Source of the DNA: an uncultured Candidatus Saccharibacteria bacterium
Lineage (GTDB): Bacteria; Patescibacteriota; Saccharimonadia; Saccharimonadales; Saccharimonadaceae
DNA length: 64,000 nucleotides
Direction of reading: 5' to 3'
NCBI GenBank assembly: GCA_964388235.1
Contig: CAYLXN010000001.1
Location: forward strand, 15,655 to 79,654
Part shown: positions 63,237 to 64,000 of the stretch, one piece after another
Layout of the letters: each line of letters opens with the position of its first letter
How positions within the stretch are numbered: the stretch's first letter is position 1
Notes under the pieces: model-generated
What the model was told of the DNA's origin: nothing
Database searches by the model: none
What the model saw: the letters and a program-made list of their open reading frames with translations, nothing else
Program-made: the position numbers and the translations under genes

Positions 63237-63613
63237 TAGATCACCTCTTTATCTTCCGTAGGTTTGATCAGTCTTATCCTAATCTTAGCTACGGGGATGG
63301 TTGGCGGGAAGTATTCACTTCCTCTCTTTTTGGCTACAGTATAGAGGCAAACTTCATCTCCCACCTTGTAGCCATCTTCCTCAGGGAAAGAGAGGATAAA
63401 TTGATTATCTTTGTTAATCCAATAAACCCCCTTTTCTTGAGAAATACGACCATTTATTTCCCAAATGGACAAGCCTATTTTGCCAAGTGGCCCAGAAAAA
63501 GTAGAGTCACTTTTGGATAATTCGATCACCACTTTTTCATTTATTCCTGCCTTGATTTCTTTTATTTCTTTTTTTTCTCCTTCTTCTGATAGTCTGACTA
63601 TGAATTCTTTCAT
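63236..63613 (-). CDS. Hypothetical small protein (125 aa)
   Basis: AT-rich ORF with an AAGGAGGGG SD upstream. Confidence 0.5.
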   Translation of the reverse strand: MKEFIVRLSEEGEKKEIKEIKAGINEKVVIELSKSDSTFSGPLGKIGLSIWEINGRISQEKGVYWINKDNQFILSFPEEDGYKVGDEVCLYTVAKKRGSEYFPPTIPVAKIRIRLIKPTEDKEVI

Positions 63614-63823
63614 ATCAACCCCTCCTTATTTTTAAAGTACTATTTCCATACGATATCATGAAAATGAAATAAAATCAAGATAGTGCCACTGAGGCGGCTA
63701 TAATTAAAATTATTACTAAAATATGCTATAATAAAAATATTAATAATTTAAGCTAACTTAAGTGGTGGTTGAGTGATTTTAGGGGAAATTAATCATCCGT
63801 TACTTAAGTTGAAAAGGAGATGT

Positions 63824-64000
63824 ATGATTATCAACCCTCTGGGAAAAGATATTGTCGCGGTCACAACTGATTGGCTGGGGCGAGAATTAAAATTGGAAGT
63901 CAACCGAGTCGGCTTCCGAACCACTGGCAGCGTGCTAGTGACTTATGGCGACACCGTCGTTTTAGGTTCGGTGATGGTTGGCGCGGCCAATCCAAATATG
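63824..64000 (+). CDS. pnp: Polyribonucleotide nucleotidyltransferase (PNPase), 5' partial
   Basis: Hand translation gives MIINPLGKDIVAVTTDWLGRELKLEVNRVGFRTTGSVLVTYGDTVVLGSV... It has an AAAGGAGA SD, follows rpsO as in most bacteria, and runs off the right edge. Confidence 0.8.
   Translation, partial: MIINPLGKDIVAVTTDWLGRELKLEVNRVGFRTTGSVLVTYGDTVVLGSVMVGAANPNM

Noticed and set aside
1-64000. Diversity-generating retroelement, CRISPR-Cas, rRNA operon, transposase/IS elements
   Set aside because: I saw no reverse transcriptase, TR/VR pair, cas gene, rRNA-like sequence or transposase ORF with terminal inverted repeats while reading the window.

Overview
The window looks like a 64-kb chromosomal segment from a small, moderately AT-rich, tightly packed bacterial genome. 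Gene content suggests a Patescibacteria/CPR organism, probably Saccharibacteria (TM7)-like. This is inferred from gene content only; no search was run. About two thirds is housekeeping: groES-groEL behind a CIRCE operator, a murE-like ligase, tsaD, a FemAB-family transferase, valS, rlmH, argS, orn, dnaG-rpoD, polA, mutM, holA, rpsT, truB, rpsO, the pnp 5' end, and 7 tRNAs, four of them tRNA-Ser isoacceptors.

The accessory content is more notable:
- (1) A minus-strand operon of five very large, mutually divergent VirB6/TrbL-like polytopic membrane proteins (793-15580). It is transcribed divergently from an array of five small T4SS-pilin-like genes (15701-18163), one of which is a fused double pilin. 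A sixth pilin-like gene lies at 40134.
- (2) A tRNA-rich, AT-richer variable stretch (about 36.2-44.0 kb). It holds scrambled tRNA-Ser-derived repeats, a duplicated tRNA 3' end, orphan genes, and an ORF-free interval of about 650 nt. That interval is bounded by a consensus sigma70-type promoter and an intrinsic terminator, making it a candidate large ncRNA.
- (3) A 1186-aa membrane-anchored protein ending in an M15/VanY-like peptidoglycan peptidase domain, inserted between truB and rpsO.
- (4) A DnaG whose four zinc ligands are all substituted.
- (5) Several genes with a -10 box 6-8 nt upstream of the ATG, which suggests leaderless mRNAs.

All coordinates of small elements were counted by hand. 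All family assignments rest on motif recognition and need HMM or structure confirmation.
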